In this document: one piece after another, positions 17,960 to 31,657 of the stretch
Layout: each line of letters starts with the position of its first letter
Numbering within the stretch: position 1 is the first letter of the stretch
Assembly (NCBI GenBank): GCA_964016885.1
Contig: OZ024766.1
Coordinates: 2,542,001-2,606,000 of the forward strand
Source: Eledone cirrhosa
Lineage: Eukaryota
DNA: 64,000 bases
Direction of reading: 5' to 3'
Notes under the pieces: generated by a model
Told to the model about the DNA's origin: nothing
Database searches by the model: none
What the model saw: only the letters and a program-made list of their open reading frames with translations
Translations under genes and position numbers: made by a program

Positions 17960-18712
17960 TTAGTACATAACATTAAACAATATTTAGTACAAAATGACTA
18001 CATCACAATAAATATTAAGTCTTTACTGTAATACTGTAAATTTTCACAACAATCTGTCTGCCAGTAAAGATACTATAAACATTTAGTACAAAACAACACA
18101 CAACACTTTAAATATTAAAGTCTTTATTGTAATACTGTAAATTTTCACAACAATCTGTCTACTAGTAAAGATACTTTAAACATTTAGTACAAAACAACAC
18201 TATGCCTACATCACATTAAATATTAAAGTTTTTACTGTAATACTGTAAATTGTCACAGCAATCAGTCCACCAGTAAAGATACTATAAACATTTAGTACAA
18301 AACAACACTATGACTACATCACATTAAATATTAAAGTCTTTACTGTAATACTGTAAATTTTCACAACAATCTGTCCACCAGTAAAGATACTATAAACATT
18401 TAGTACAAAACAACACTATGACTACATCACATTAAATATTAAGTCTTTACTGTAATACTGTAAATTGTCACAACAATCTGTCCACCAGTAAAGATACTAT
18501 AAACATTTAGTACAAAACAACACTATGACTATATCACATTAAATATTAAAGTCTTTACTGTAATACTGTAAATTTTCACAACAATCTGTCTGCCAGTAAA
18601 GATACTATAAACATTTAGTACAAAACAACACACAACACTTTAAATATTAAAGTCTTTATTGTAATACTGTAAATTGTCACAACAATCTGTCCACCAGTAA
18701 AGATACTATAAA
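17960..18712. repeat. ~108-bp satellite (~6.5 diverged units); reverse complement of the array at 39536-40842
   Basis: Unit CATTTAGTACAAAACAACACTATGACTACATCACATTAAATATTAAAGTCTTTACTGTAATACTGTAAA... Confidence 0.9.
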
Positions 18713-19180
18713 TATTTGAATTAATAAACCTATTTTGAGATTATTTCTGCTAAATCATTACAGTATGTTAAGAAGTTAATATTATTTAAATAACAATTAT
18801 TTAAATAATCTAATATTGCAGTTTGTTTGAAGCATTATATACAATATACAATGGGGAAGTGATATAAGGTTAAACAATGTAAAATAGACTGTCAGATGAA
18901 GGTAATAAAAAGTAAGTTACCTGGATTTCTTTGTTTTGTTTTTTTGTCCTAATATTTTGGCTTTTAAAATCCCTTCTTCAGGGTGTAATGGAACTCAGAG
19001 AAACACGTACTGGTTTCTTCTCTTTGGAATTAAATTGAGATTTAAAGATTATAAATTTTATAAACCACTTTCAAGTGTTGTTTGATGGTTACTTTGTTAT
19101 TGATGAGAAGAATGCCAGCAATAGTCAATATAATATTTCATGGAATTAATTTTCCTTTTTTTTTTTTGCATGAGATGTTG

Positions 19181-19580
19181 TCTAGGTTGTCTGAGTCTCT
19201 TTTATGTGTTGTTTACGTTGTCTGAGTCTCTTTTATGTGTTGTTTAGGTTGTCTCAGTCTCTTTTATGTGTTGTTTAGGTTGTCTCAGTCTCTTTTATGT
19301 GTTGTTTACGTTGTCTGAGTCTCTTTTATGTGTTGTTTAGGTTGTCTGAGTCTCTTTTATGTGTTGTTTAGGTTGTCTGAGTCTCTTTTATGTGTTGTTT
19401 AGGTTGTCTGAGTCTCTTTTATGTGTTGTTTAGGTTGTCTCAGTCTCTTTTATGTGTTGTTTAGGTTGTCTGAGTCTCTTTTATGTGTTGTTTAGGTTGT
19501 CTGAGTCTCTTTTATGTGTTGTTTAGGTTGTCTGAGTCTCTTTTATGTGTTGTTTAGGTTGTCTGAGTCTCTTTTATGTG
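19181..19580. repeat. 31-bp minisatellite (~13 units)
   Basis: TTTAGGTTGTCTGAGTCTCTTTTATGTGTTG repeated. Confidence 0.95.
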
Positions 19581-19969
19581 AAGTTTTAAATAATTTTTTA
19601 CTTTTTTGCCTTTATTTTCCCCCATTACATTTGTGGACCAGCAGAGCAAGGAGAGACAACAAGTTTTGACAGAAGTAACATGAGATGGAGTTTCTAAAAG
19701 CTTCAAGAATATCTTAGATTGAAGCACATTCAACCATGTTGTCATGACGATAATAATTGTATCTGCTTTAGCCACAAGGCCAACAATTTGGGGGAGAATA
19801 AAATCAATTAATTCGACTCCAGTGTATTACTGGTATTTTATTTTATGGACCCTGTAAGGATGAAAGGCAAAGTTAACCTCGGCGGGATTTCTAATAATTT
19901 CCTTTTTTTAATCATGTATAAATCTTTTTATTGTATAAAGAAAATTGTTGCAGGAATGCTACCACTTAA

Positions 19970-20587
19970 CCCTTTAGCATTTACATTACTCTATATATAC
20001 TATTGTATTTTCACAGTAAAGGCTTTACCTCACATAATACCTCACATAACATTTACATTACTCTATATATACTATTGTATTTTCACAGTAAAGGCTTTAC
20101 CTCACATAATATCTCACATAACATTTACATTACTCTATATATACTATTGTATTTTCACAGTAAAGGCTTTACCTCACATAATATCTCACATAACATTTAC
20201 ATTACTCTATATATACTATTGTATTTTCACAGTAAAGGCTTTACCTCACATAATACCTCACATAACATTTACATTACTCTATATATACTATTGTATTTTC
20301 ACAGTAAAGGCTTTACCTCGCATAATATCTCACATAACATTTACATTACTCTATATATACTATTGTATTTTCACAGTAAAGGCTTTACCTCGCATAATAT
20401 CTCGCATAACATTTACATTACTCTATATATACTATTGTATTTTCACAGTAAAGGCTTTACCTCGCATAATATCTCGCATAACATTTACATTACTCTGTAT
20501 ATACTATTGTATTTTCACAGTAAAGGCTTTACCTCACATAATATTTACATTACTCTATATATACTATTGTATTTTCACAGTAAAGGC
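19970..20587 (-). mobile_element. Truncated piggyBac-like non-autonomous element with 72-bp satellite (inverted orientation)
   Basis: TTAA(19966-19969)-CCCTTTAGCATTTACA end followed by ~8 units of the 72-bp repeat. Confidence 0.75.
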
Positions 20588-21124
20588 CACATGCCTCCAT
20601 ACATAAATTATCTAAACTATAATAAAGTAAGAAGCACGGGACTGCGTACGGTTTATAATTTTTTTATCCCTGTTAATAAAATATGTTGGATTACTTTGAA
20701 TGAATATTACATAATTTATCTACTAAATTTCGTGGCTGTTGATTAAATATATTTTATAGCTTATTTAAATTGTCAAATGTCAACACTTCTGGTTAGCGGC
20801 CATTATGTTATAACACTTATAATCGCATATATTTCCATCACTAATTTTTTCCTAATGCAGTTTATATATAATGTCGTCTTTTTTTTAATGTATCATGGAT
20901 TACTGATTACATAAGACAGTGTAACATAGGCTATGTTCAATTTCTGTGTATATTGTCAATTACGATTTTATTTGATGTATCATATTGACATGTATATATA
21001 TACTTGTGTATAATATCAATATACACACTACACTTGCTAGCAGAAAACCACCCGTACGGTGTTTATCTTCTAGATTTTAAATAAATAAATAAATAATTTT
21101 GTGGCTGCTCATTAAATATACTAG

Positions 21125-21360
21125 GCATAAGAGGTCAGATGCAGTGTAGAGGAGAGGAGATTGTGGTGGTTTGGACATGTGATGTATATGAAACATGACA
21201 GCTGTATAAAACGGTACAGGGTTGTCAAAGTCGATGTTAACTATGAAAGAGGAAGACCTAGGAAAGCTTAGGGATGAAATAATAAAAGCTCACCTTGCCC
21301 AATTAAACCTCTCAATGGAAATGTCACAGGCTCGAGACCTCTGGCATCATGCTGTTCTGT
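21125..21360 (+). mobile_element. Decayed RTE-clade LINE 3' fragment
   Basis: Translates to RRLWWFGHV...ERGRPRKA, typical of the RTE ORF C-terminus. Confidence 0.6.
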
Positions 21361-21988
21361 AGAAGACCCCCCCCCCTTCCCTTGTGCTGAAAATGAAATA
21401 ATACAAACATGTAGAGAAAACACTCGTCTTCACTAATCTTCTCATCACCCCTCCGCATTCATAAGACCCTGCCCTCATCTGCTAAATATCCCACACACCT
21501 CGTTGATGCTACAACAATAAAAACACTCAGTTCATCCAGTAAGGTGATCATACAAAAGTGTGAAGTCCACATTGTAACGTGTTTCGTGTAAAGAAGGGCA
21601 TCCAGCCTTAGAAACCAAACCAAAATACACATCCATATGAGCAAGACCTGGTCTCCACACCTGACATGTCTCATAACGTGACAACCTGTTTAACCCATGC
21701 AGGTGTGATAAAAATGAACGTTAAATGATAATGTTGATGATGATGATAATGGTATATAGAAACAAAAATGTTTATATGTATAGATCTGTCTCTTATTGAA
21801 ACATGTGTCGTGATTAAAATGATTGGAAATGTATACCATGCCTTCGGATCTTTATTTTGATACAAATACTCCGTTTTACATAATCTAGCTGTTCCCATAA
21901 GTGGAATTTGAGATATACGAAAGCGTGGAGAACTTAATATGGCTAACAAAAGTTTATTGGACTGTATGACACAACCAATAATACACCT

Positions 21989-22027
<39 letters not shown>

Positions 22028-22796
22028 CACACATACACATACAGTAAACTGCAGAATATGCTCTTTGTTGTTATAAGACAGTAGAGAGTGATATTGGCTG
22101 CTATTTCTACCAGGTCAAGTAACCAGGTAAGAGACTCCCTCGTTGATACGTAATAAATATTTCACTGAGTGATGCTGCTTGTTTTACCATGGGTTGGATA
22201 CAATTGATGGAGTGAATTGATATAAACTGAAGGTATTAAATTATCACAGAGACTTTTAACGTACGACACCGGTCACAAACCGGAAAGAGAAACATTACCA
22301 ACGACACCACGAACCTGCTATCTTAATTATAACTTTAATTAATCTAATTATATCTTGTGTAGTAATTATCTCATGTTAAGGTGAAAGTTAATATTCTGTA
22401 GATAACATAGAGTGAGCTACATGTTCCAGGGTAGGTGTTCCATCTCCTACATGATTAAATATTTCATTTCATGAGAAACTACGCTACATCGTGAATTGGT
22501 TGTTCCACATTTTACAGGACAGTGAGAAATAGGTTTAAATCACCAACATCTGAACAATTAGCTTTCCTGGTCTTTCTTGACTTTACACTTGGACTTGAAA
22601 TATAAAGTACGTATTATTTGTATTGTTAACACAGCAGATATTGTGTACTTTTCTACACTCCGTGGTGAACAATCTTCATTTATTAAGAAACAAACAAACA
22701 CACTTTCACACTCTCTCTCTCACACTTTCTTATACCTACATCAGTCTTACACAGTCATATATCTTCAGAACTTCGAAGAATTCTTCAAGAATTACT

Positions 22797-23987
22797 ATGG
22801 AGGACGTTAAACACTTGGACATTTATACCACACCCGTTTCTCCCAATATAGATACAGTTACACAGACATACAGTGGTGAGAAACCTTTACCTAGTGAAAC
22901 ATGTACTGAACAGGGATCATTATACAGAAATATTCCTGAATATAGCTGTGAGATTTGTAGAAAAACTTTCTCATCAGAAGATGAATTATCTACACACAAA
23001 CACATACATATTAAAGACAAACCCTATCATTGTGAAGTATGTGGGAAATCTTTTAGTTGGAGTTGTCACTTGACTAACCACAAAAGAACACACACAGGAG
23101 AGAAACCTTTTAAATGTGAAATATGTGGGAAATCTTTTAGTACGAGTGATGGCTTGACTATACACAAAAGAACACACACAGGAGAGAAACCCTATCATTG
23201 TGAAATATGTGGGAAATCTTTTGTCCATAGCTCTCATTTGACTACACACAAAAGAACACACACTGGAGAGAAACCCTATCATTGTGAAACATGTGGGAAA
23301 TATTTTGTAACAAGCCGTACCTTAACTGTACATAAAAGAACTATACATAAAAGAGAGAGACCCTATCACTGTGAAACATGTGGGAAATCTTTTAGTTCGA
23401 GTAATGGCTTGACTACCCATAAAAGAACACACACTGGAGAGAAACCCTATCATTGTGAAACATGTGGGAAATCTTTCAGCAAAAATACCAATTTAATTAG
23501 GCATTTACGCAAGCACACTGGGGAAAAACCATTTCATTGTGAAATATGTGGAAAATCTTTTGCTGAGAAAGCTAATCTTGCTAGACATATACGTAGTCAC
23601 ACTGGAGAGAAACCTTTTAACTGTGAAATATGTGGGAAATATTTTGCTGATAGTTCTGTTCTTGGAGTTCACAAAAGAACACATACTGGAGAGAAACCCT
23701 ATCAATGTGAAACATGTGGGAAATATTTTGTAATAAGCAGTCATTTAACTGTACATAAAAGAACACACACTGGAGAGAAACCCTATCACTGTGAAATATG
23801 TGGGAAATCTTTTCCACAGGGTGCTTATCTCATTGTCCACAAACGTACACACACTGGAGAAAAGCCTTTCCACTGTGAAATATGTGGGGAATCTTTCATT
23901 AGTAACACTGAACATAATAAACACAAAAGAACACACACTGGAGAAAAACGTTCCACCAATATCAAATGTGAATACTTGGCAGTTTGA
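22797..23987 (+). CDS. C2H2 zinc-finger protein copy 6, 396 aa, 12 fingers (most divergent copy)
   Basis: Intact ORF with the same leader and tail. Distinct recognition helices (TSDGLT, HSSHLT, KNTNLI, QGAYLI). Confidence 0.92.
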   Translation: MEDVKHLDIYTTPVSPNIDTVTQTYSGEKPLPSETCTEQGSLYRNIPEYSCEICRKTFSSEDELSTHKHIHIKDKPYHCEVCGKSFSWSCHLTNHKRTHTGEKPFKCEICGKSFSTSDGLTIHKRTHTGEKPYHCEICGKSFVHSSHLTTHKRTHTGEKPYHCETCGKYFVTSRTLTVHKRTIHKRERPYHCETCGKSFSSSNGLTTHKRTHTGEKPYHCETCGKSFSKNTNLIRHLRKHTGEKPFHCEICGKSFAEKANLARHIRSHTGEKPFNCEICGKYFADSSVLGVHKRTHTGEKPYQCETCGKYFVISSHLTVHKRTHTGEKPYHCEICGKSFPQGAYLIVHKRTHTGEKPFHCEICGESFISNTEHNKHKRTHTGEKRSTNIKCEYLAV

Positions 23988-24420
23988 TAGACTCCAAACA
24001 TTGCTGGCCATTTTTCCAAATATATTTTCATTTGAAATTAAAATCTTTCTCTTATCTATTCTTGACTTTTAGAATTAATTTTAAATCTATGCCAGAAATT
24101 TCAGCCTTGGTTTGTCAACACCAACATTCCCTGCTATAGTGTGTGTAATTAAGGGCCCTCTATCACTTGAGGTAATGCTGTGTCTGTCTAGTCCCAGAAA
24201 TTTTAGAGGGTAACACCAACATTCTCTGTTATAGTAAATGAAGGAGTAGTTTTACCTGTTTTTTTTTATTGATTTCTTTGTTTTGTAAATAATTTATTAA
24301 TTTTTCATAATTAATTTTATAAAGTGTATTTATATCCTAAATTTCATTCTATTTGTTGTTAATAAAAGAATTATATTCAAGGAATTTATCAAGTCTGTAA
24401 CTTTTTGTTATTTTGCCATT

Positions 24421-25169
24421 ATATTTTTACTGTGACAATACAATAGTATATATAGAGTAATGTAAATGTTGTGTGATGTTATGTGAGGTAAAGCCTTTAC
24501 TGTGAAAATACAATAGTTTATATAGAGTAATGTAAATGTTGTGAGATATTATGTGAGGTAAAGCCTGTACTGTGACAATACAATAGTATATATAGAGTAA
24601 TGTAAATGTTGTGAGATATTATGTGAGGTAAAGCCTTTACTGTGAAAATACAATAGTTTATATAGAGTAATGTAAATGTTGTGAGATATTATGTGAGGTA
24701 AAGCCTTTACTGTGACAATACAATAGTATATATAGAGTAATGTAAATGTTGTGAGGTAAAGCCTTTACTGTGAAAATACAATAGTATATATAGAGTAATG
24801 TAAATGTTGTGAGATATTATGTGAGGTAAAGCCTTTACTGTGAAAATACAATAGTATATATAGAGTAATGTAAATGTTATGTGAGATATTATGTGAGGTA
24901 AAGCCTTTACTGTGAAAATACAATAGTATATATAGAGTAATGTAAATGTTATGTGAGATATGTGAGGTAAAGCCTTTACTGTGAAAATACAATAGTATAT
25001 ATAGAGTAATGTAAATGTTATGTGAGGTATTATGTGAGGTAAAGCCTTTACTGTGAAAATACAATAGTATATATAGAGTAATGTAAATGTTATGTGAGGT
25101 ATTATGTGAGGTAAAGCCTTTACTGTGAAAATACAATAGTATATATAGAGTAATGTAAATGTTAAAGGG
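24421..25169 (+). mobile_element. Truncated piggyBac-like element with 72-bp satellite abutting the last ZNF unit
   Basis: About 10 satellite units ending TAAATGTTAAAGGG-TTAA (25170-25173). Confidence 0.75.
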
Positions 25170-25196
25170 TTAAGTAATGTCTCAATTATTTGCCAA

Positions 25197-25430
25197 GGCA
25201 CATGGCTTAGTGGTTACAGAGTTGGGTTCACAGTCGTGAGGTCGTGAGTTCAATTCTCGGACCGGGAGATGTGTTGTGTCCTTGAGCAAGACACTTTATT
25301 TCACATTGCCCCAATGCTCCTCCTGCTAGGAGTTGTGACTGATTGGGTAGTATGAGCAACGGGAAGACCAGTGGAAACATTGTTTGCTTGGTCTGATTTT
25401 ACGAGATCCACCCCCACTCAGCAAGCGAAT
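25197..25430 (+). mobile_element. tRNA-derived CORE-type SINE, second subfamily (different 3' tail)
   Basis: A box TGGCTTAGTGG, B box GAGTTCAATTC, CORE-like GTCCTTGAGCAAGACACTTTATTTCAC. The tail matches the insert at 42542-42768. Confidence 0.75.
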
Positions 25431-25614
25431 GAGGTCTGATATCTTGCTGATCAATCAGAGTGGATGTTTCCAACCTTGAGTTACAATTGCTGAGCCCCAG
25501 CATGGCCTCAGGCTGTCAGCTGAAACACGTGCTGTTGTAAAAGAAGAGGTTTGTCATCTCATTACGTTCTTAAAATTTTCAATATTAATTGATATACATA
25601 GACAGTGTATCTTA

Positions 25615-28600
25615 TCAGTGTTATATTCCTGTAGTTGCTTGTTTCTGGGATATCACCTCCCCTTCGTCAGTTTTATATTTCTGTAGTTGCTTGTTTCTGG
25701 GATATCACCTCCCCTTCGTCAGTTTTATATTTCTGTAGTTGCTTGTTTCTGGGATATCACCTCCCCTTCGTCAGTTTTATATTTCTGTAGTTGCTTGTTT
25801 CTGGGATATCACCTTACCTTCGTCAGTTTTATATTCCTGTAGTTGCTTGTTTCTGGGATATCACCTTCCCTTCGTCAGTTTTATATTCCTGTAGTTGCTT
25901 GTTTCTGGGATATCACCTTACCTTCGTCAGTTTTATATTTCTGTAGTTGCTTGTTTCTGGGATATCACCTCCCCTTCGTCAGTTTTATATTTCTGTAGTT
26001 GCTTGTTTCTGGGATATCACCTCCCCTTCGTCAGTTTTATATTCCTGTAGTTGCTTGTTTCTGGGATATCACCTTACCTTCGTCAGTTTTATATTTCTGT
26101 AGTTGCTTGTTTCTGGGATATCACCTCCCCTTCGTCAGTTTTATATTCCTGTAGTTGCTTGTTTCTGGGATATCACCTTACCTTCGTCAGTGTTATATTC
26201 CTGTAGTTGCTTGTTTCTGGGATATCACCTTACCTTCGTCAGTGTTATATTCCTGTAGTTGCTTGTTTCTGGGATATCACCTTACCTTCGTCAGTTTTAT
26301 ATTTCTTTAGTTGCTTGTTTCTAGGATATCACCTTACCTTCGTCAGTTTTATATTCCTGTAGTTGCTTGTTTCTGGGATATCACCTTCCCTTCGTCAGTT
26401 TTATATTCCTGTAGTTGCTTGTTTCTGGGATATCACCTTACCTTCGTCAGTGTTATATTCCTGTAGTTGCTTGTTTCTGGGATATCACCTCCCCTTCGTC
26501 AGTTTTATATTTCTGTAGTTGCTTGTTTCTGGGATATCACCTTACCTTCGTCAGTGTTATATTCCTGTAGTTGCTTGTTTCTGGGATATCACCTTACCTT
26601 CGTCAGTGTTATATTCCTGTAGTTGCTTGTTTCTGGGATATCACCTTACCTTCGTCAGTTTTATATTTCTTTAGTTGCTTGTTTCTAGGATATCACCTTA
26701 CCTTCGTCAGTTTTATATTCCTGTAGTTGCTTGTTTCTGGGATATCACCTTCCCTTCGTCAGTTTTATATTCCTGTAGTTGCTTGTTTCTGGGATATCAC
26801 CTTACCTTCGTCAGTGTTATATTCCTGTAGTTGCTTGTTTCTGGGATATCACCTCCCCTTCGTCAGTTTTATATTTCTGTAGTTGCTTGTTTCTGGGATA
26901 TCACCTTACCTTCGTCAGTTTTATATTTCTGTAGTTGCTTGTTTCTGGGATATCACCTTACCTTCGTCAGTTTTATATTTCTGTAGTTGCTTGTTTCTGG
27001 GATATCACCTTACCTTCGTCAGTTTTATATTTCTGTAGTTGCTTGTTTCTGGGATATCACCTCCCCTTCGTCAGTTTTATATTCCTGTAGTTGCTTGTTT
27101 CTGGGATATCACCTCCCCTTCGTCAGTTTTATATTCCTGTAGTTGCTTGTTTCTGGGATATCACCTTACCTTCGTCAGTTTTATATTTCTGTAGTTGCTT
27201 GTTTCTGGGATATCACCTTACCTTCGTCAGTTTTATATTTCTTTAGTTGCTTGTTTCTGGGATATCACCTCCCCTTCGTCAGTGTTATATTTCTGTAGTT
27301 GCTTGTTTCTGGGATATCACCTTACCTTCGTCAGTTTTATACCTCTTTAGTTGCTTGTTTCTGGGATATCACCTCCCCTTCGTCAGTTTTATATTTCTGT
27401 AGTTGCTTGTTTCTGGGATATCACCTTACCTTCGTCAGTTTTATACCTCTTTAGTTGCTTGTTTCTGGGATATCACCTCCCCTTCGTCAGTTTTATATTC
27501 CTGTAGTTGCTTGTTTCTGGGATATCACCTTCCCTTCGTCAGTTTTATATTCCTGTAGTTGCTTGTTTCTGGGATATCACCTTACCTTCGTCAGTTTTAT
27601 ATTTCTTTAGTTGCTTGTTTCTGGGATATCACCTCCCCTTCGTCAGTTTTATATTCCTGTAGTTGCTTGTTTCTGGGATATCACCTTACCTTCGTCAGTT
27701 TTATATTCCTGTAGTTGCTTGTTTCTGGGATATCACCTTACCTTCGTCAGTTTTATATTTCTGTAGTTGCTTGTTTCTGGGATATCACCTTACCTTCGTC
27801 AGTTTTATATTCCTGTAGTTGCTTGTTTCTGGGATATCACCTTACCTTCGTCAGTTTTATATTCCTGTAGTTGCTTGTTTCTGGGATATCACCTTACCTT
27901 CGTCAGTTTTATATTTCTGTAGTTGCTTGTTTCTGGGATATCACCTTACCTTCGTCAGTTTTATATTTCTGTAGTTGCTTGTTTCTGGGATATCACCTCC
28001 CCTTCGTCAGTTTTATATTTCTGTAGTTGCTTGTTTCTGGGATATCACCTCCCCTTCGTCAGTTTTATATTTCTGTAGTTGCTTGTTTCTGGGATATCAC
28101 CTTACCTTCGTCAGTTTTATACCTCTTTAGTTGCTTGTTTCTGGGATATCACCTCCCCTTCGTCAGTTTTATATTCCTGTAGTTGCTTGTTTCTGGGATA
28201 TCACCTCCCCTTCGTCAGTTTTATATTTCTGTAGTTGCTTGTTTCTGGGATATCACCTCCCCTTCGTCAGTTTTATATTTCTGTAGTTGCTTGTTTCTGG
28301 GATATCACCTTACCTTCGTCAGTTTTATATTTCTGTAGTTGCTTGTTTCTGGGATATCACCTCCCCTTCGTCAGTTTTATATTCCTGTAGTTGCTTGTTT
28401 CTGGGATATCACCTTCCCTTCGTCAGTTTTATATTCCTGTAGTTGCTTGTTTCTGGGATATCACCTTACCTTCGTCAGTTTTATATTTCTTTAGTTGCTT
28501 GTTTCTAGGATATCACCTTACCTTCGTCAGTTTTATATTTCTGTAGTTGCTTGTTTCTGGGATATCACCTTACCTTCGTCAGTTTTATATTTCTGTAGTT

Positions 28601-28828
28601 GCTTGTTTCTGGGATATCACCTTACCTTCGTCAGTTTTATATTTCTGTAGTTGCTTGTTTCTGGGATATCACCTTACCTTCGTCAGTTTTATATTTCTGT
28701 AGTTTCTGGGATATCACCTTACCTTCGTCAGTTTTATATTTCTGTAGTTGCTTGTTTCTGGGATATCACCTTACCTTCGTCAGTTTTATATTTCTGTAGT
28801 TGCTTGTTTCTAGAATATCACCTTCCCC
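25615..28828. repeat. 52-bp satellite, ~61 units (3.2 kb)
   Basis: GTAGTTGCTTGTTTCTGGGATATCACCTTACCTTCGTCAGTTTTATATTTCT with a few recurring variants. Confidence 0.97.
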
Positions 28829-29641
28829 TCATTAGTAATACTAAAATTCTTTCTGTCTCTTTTATAACTTGATCCATTAGTTTTATAACTGCTTGTTCCT
28901 TGAACATATTTCTCTTAACAAAATTCACCCAGTCCACCATGTAAGGTGGTCATAGCAGTGCCATGACAAAAAGCCTCCAGTCCACTTTGTAAAAGGGTAG
29001 TGCTGGTGCGATGACAAAAAGCCCCCATGGCCACAGAACAAGAAACATCAAAAAGAAAAAACACCAAAATCAGAGCCAAATCTTCCATTTATTGCCACAA
29101 GAAATCAGGTAGAGTAAAATATATTTCTAGGGGTCAGGGTGTGGTCCTTGTTTGTGGGGGGTAGGTGTGTTATGGCTGGTGTTGTAGGGTGAGGTGTGGT
29201 CGCGTGCAATATCCAACAGGGGGGGGGGATAAAATAAAGTACCAGTAATGCACTGGGTATTTGCTGGCCTTGTGCCAAAAGTAGAAACAATTATTTATAC
29301 TTATATATACACTATATATAATTATAAACAGGAAAGGTCAGTAATTCATTACTACCTTATTACCAATAAGAAAAATAGCTCAATGTAAATACATCAGATG
29401 TTTTACAGAGCAGGAATACATTTGCATATGTACTGCTAATGTCCTCGTTTTGCGAGTAACTTTCTTCTTTAATTCCTCTATAATTGTTGTATTCTTTTAT
29501 AATCTTTGTCGCATCCACTGATACTGACCACATCATCTCCACTCTTTAAATATGACACTGTTAATGACAACACTAACATCTACATATCTTTACGATTGTT
29601 CTGTGGAATAGGAGGTTAATTATATGTCTAAACTTTGCTAC

Positions 29642-29685
29642 TGCTCTGATTCCAAACGAAAGTTTGGAAGAAACGATTGTCAGCA
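29642..29685 (+). ncRNA. Degenerate hammerhead ribozyme motif (family C; core lacks 3 nt)
   Basis: TGCT-CTGA-TTCCAAAC GAAA GTTTGGAA-GAAA-C GATT G-TC-AGCA. Confidence 0.5.
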
Positions 29686-29721
29686 ATAAAATGTTTTGAA
29701 CATAGTTTTGATTATTCTGTA

Positions 29722-29785
<64 letters not shown>

Positions 29786-30185
29786 CAAAGAAGGTGTGGT
29801 AAGATACCAGGTGGACCATAACGTACCAGAGTACTCAATACTTAGGTTAGTAGAGTGGGTAATAGGAAAAGAGTCAGGACCCCGACGGCTGAGCTCTGAA
29901 CTGTTTGGATCTAGCTGTCGAAAGGGTCCTGACTCTTTTGCTATATATATATAGTAAAGGTTATACTTATATATAGAATTATAAATAAGATAAGGGTAAT
30001 ATTGTATATTACCCGACTACCAGTAAGCTAAGTAGCTCAATGTAAAATATTAGATATACTACAGAGCAGAAATACTCTTACTCTTTAATATATTGGAATT
30101 AACACCTATAATTAGTCTTCTCACATATAATGTATCCTGCTAAATGTTCTAATGACTAGGAATATATTTGTTTTAACCTTTTATA

Positions 30186-30232
30186 TGCTCTGATGCTATC
30201 AGACCTATATCTGGATGAAACGATTGTAAGCA
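30186..30232 (+). ncRNA. Hammerhead ribozyme-like motif (family C; A9>C)
   Basis: TGCT-CTGATGC-tatcagacctatatctggat-GAAA-C GATT G-TA-AGCA. Confidence 0.55.
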
Positions 30233-30280
30233 ATTAAATGTCTTAAACACAATTTGATTGTTATCTATGTTGGGTGTATG

Positions 30281-30284
<4 letters not shown>

Positions 30285-30353
<69 letters not shown>

Positions 30354-30393
30354 ATGTGTATATATTTATATATATAAATATATACACATGCAT

Positions 30394-30436
<43 letters not shown>

Positions 30437-30689
30437 AACGAGTAGGGCCCCTATTACCCACTCTACTACCCTAAGTATTGAGTACTTTGGTGCGTTATGG
30501 TCCACCTGGGTCCTTACCACATTTCCTTCGTTATATATATATATATATATATATATAGATGAGATTCTACAGGACTAGAACTGTTTCATTCATTTGAAAT
30601 CATCAGGAATCTATATTAAAACTGTTATACTCTGCTATGTATTGAGTACCTTACTTACTGTGGTTACCTCCGATTCAACCCGGAATAAC

Positions 30690-30745
<56 letters not shown>

Positions 30746-30794
30746 ATGTATGTGTATATATTTATATATATATATGTGTGTGTGTATTTATGTG

Positions 30795-30831
<37 letters not shown>

Positions 30832-30848
30832 ATGTATGTGTATATATT

Positions 30849-30885
<37 letters not shown>

Positions 30886-30898
30886 ATGTATGTGTATA

Positions 30899-30941
<43 letters not shown>

Positions 30942-30981
30942 ATGCATGTGTATATATATATATATGTGTGTGTGTGTGTAT

Positions 30982-31029
<48 letters not shown>

Positions 31030-31038
31030 ATGCATGTG

Positions 31039-31069
<31 letters not shown>

Positions 31070-31072
31070 ATG

Positions 31073-31119
<47 letters not shown>

Positions 31120-31145
31120 ATGTATGTGTATATATATATATAAAT
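30285..31145. repeat. (TA)n/(TG)n microsatellite complex hosting short inserted elements
   Basis: Direct inspection. Similar tracts at ~49490-50045, 52120-53200, 54600-55025, 55635-55860 and 62415-63075. Confidence 0.95.
30562..30612 (-). ncRNA. Minimal type I hammerhead ribozyme (family A) in a (TA)n-flanked element 30555-30690
   Basis: Reverse complement reads AGATTC-CTGATGA-TTTCAAATGAAT-GAAA-CAG ttctagtc CTG-TA-GAATCT. Confidence 0.75.
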
Positions 31146-31211
31146 ATATTGCAACTAGATTCAGAATTGAAATACAGGCTGGCTCTCTACTCAGGCTCCT
31201 CCATTTTCATA

Positions 31212-31242
<31 letters not shown>

Positions 31243-31378
31243 AAATACAATAGAATGGTGGTGGTGGTAGTGATTCTTGTGGTAATCATATTGTGTTCCT
31301 GATGATGATGATGATAAAGATGTATATAATACAGAGTTGATGGTGGCAGTGAGATGAGATGTATAATACAATGATGTA

Positions 31379-31460
<82 letters not shown>

Positions 31461-31591
31461 GAGGTTATATTTAATTTGTTTGGATTCAACAAGCTTAAAA
31501 ATGTTTATAACTGATATAAAGCACTCAACAGATTAGTGGAGTAAATACACAATATATTAATAAATGGAAAGTATATTTATAAAACCATATT

Positions 31592-31657
31592 TATTTTATT
31601 ATATATATTTCAAGGGCAACCAAGGCAAATTACGGTGCACTTTCATCAGATAGAATA
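31592..31657 (-). ncRNA. Minimal hammerhead ribozyme (family B); an inverted, degenerate partner lies at 31733-31794 (+)
   Basis: Reverse complement reads TATTCTAT-CTGATGA-aagtgcacc...ggttgccctt-GAAA-TATATA-TA-ATAAAATA. Confidence 0.7.

Noticed and set aside
25615-28828. CRISPR-like appearance of regular repeats
   Set aside because: No unique spacers, no cas genes and a eukaryotic context. These are plain tandem repeats.
30594-31270. YI/CV-rich, poly-H/T and poly-P ORFs (also ~37000, 49500-50100, 54500-55900, 58553-59654, 62300-63100)
   Set aside because: Microsatellite translations. Only the embedded RICTOR exons are real.
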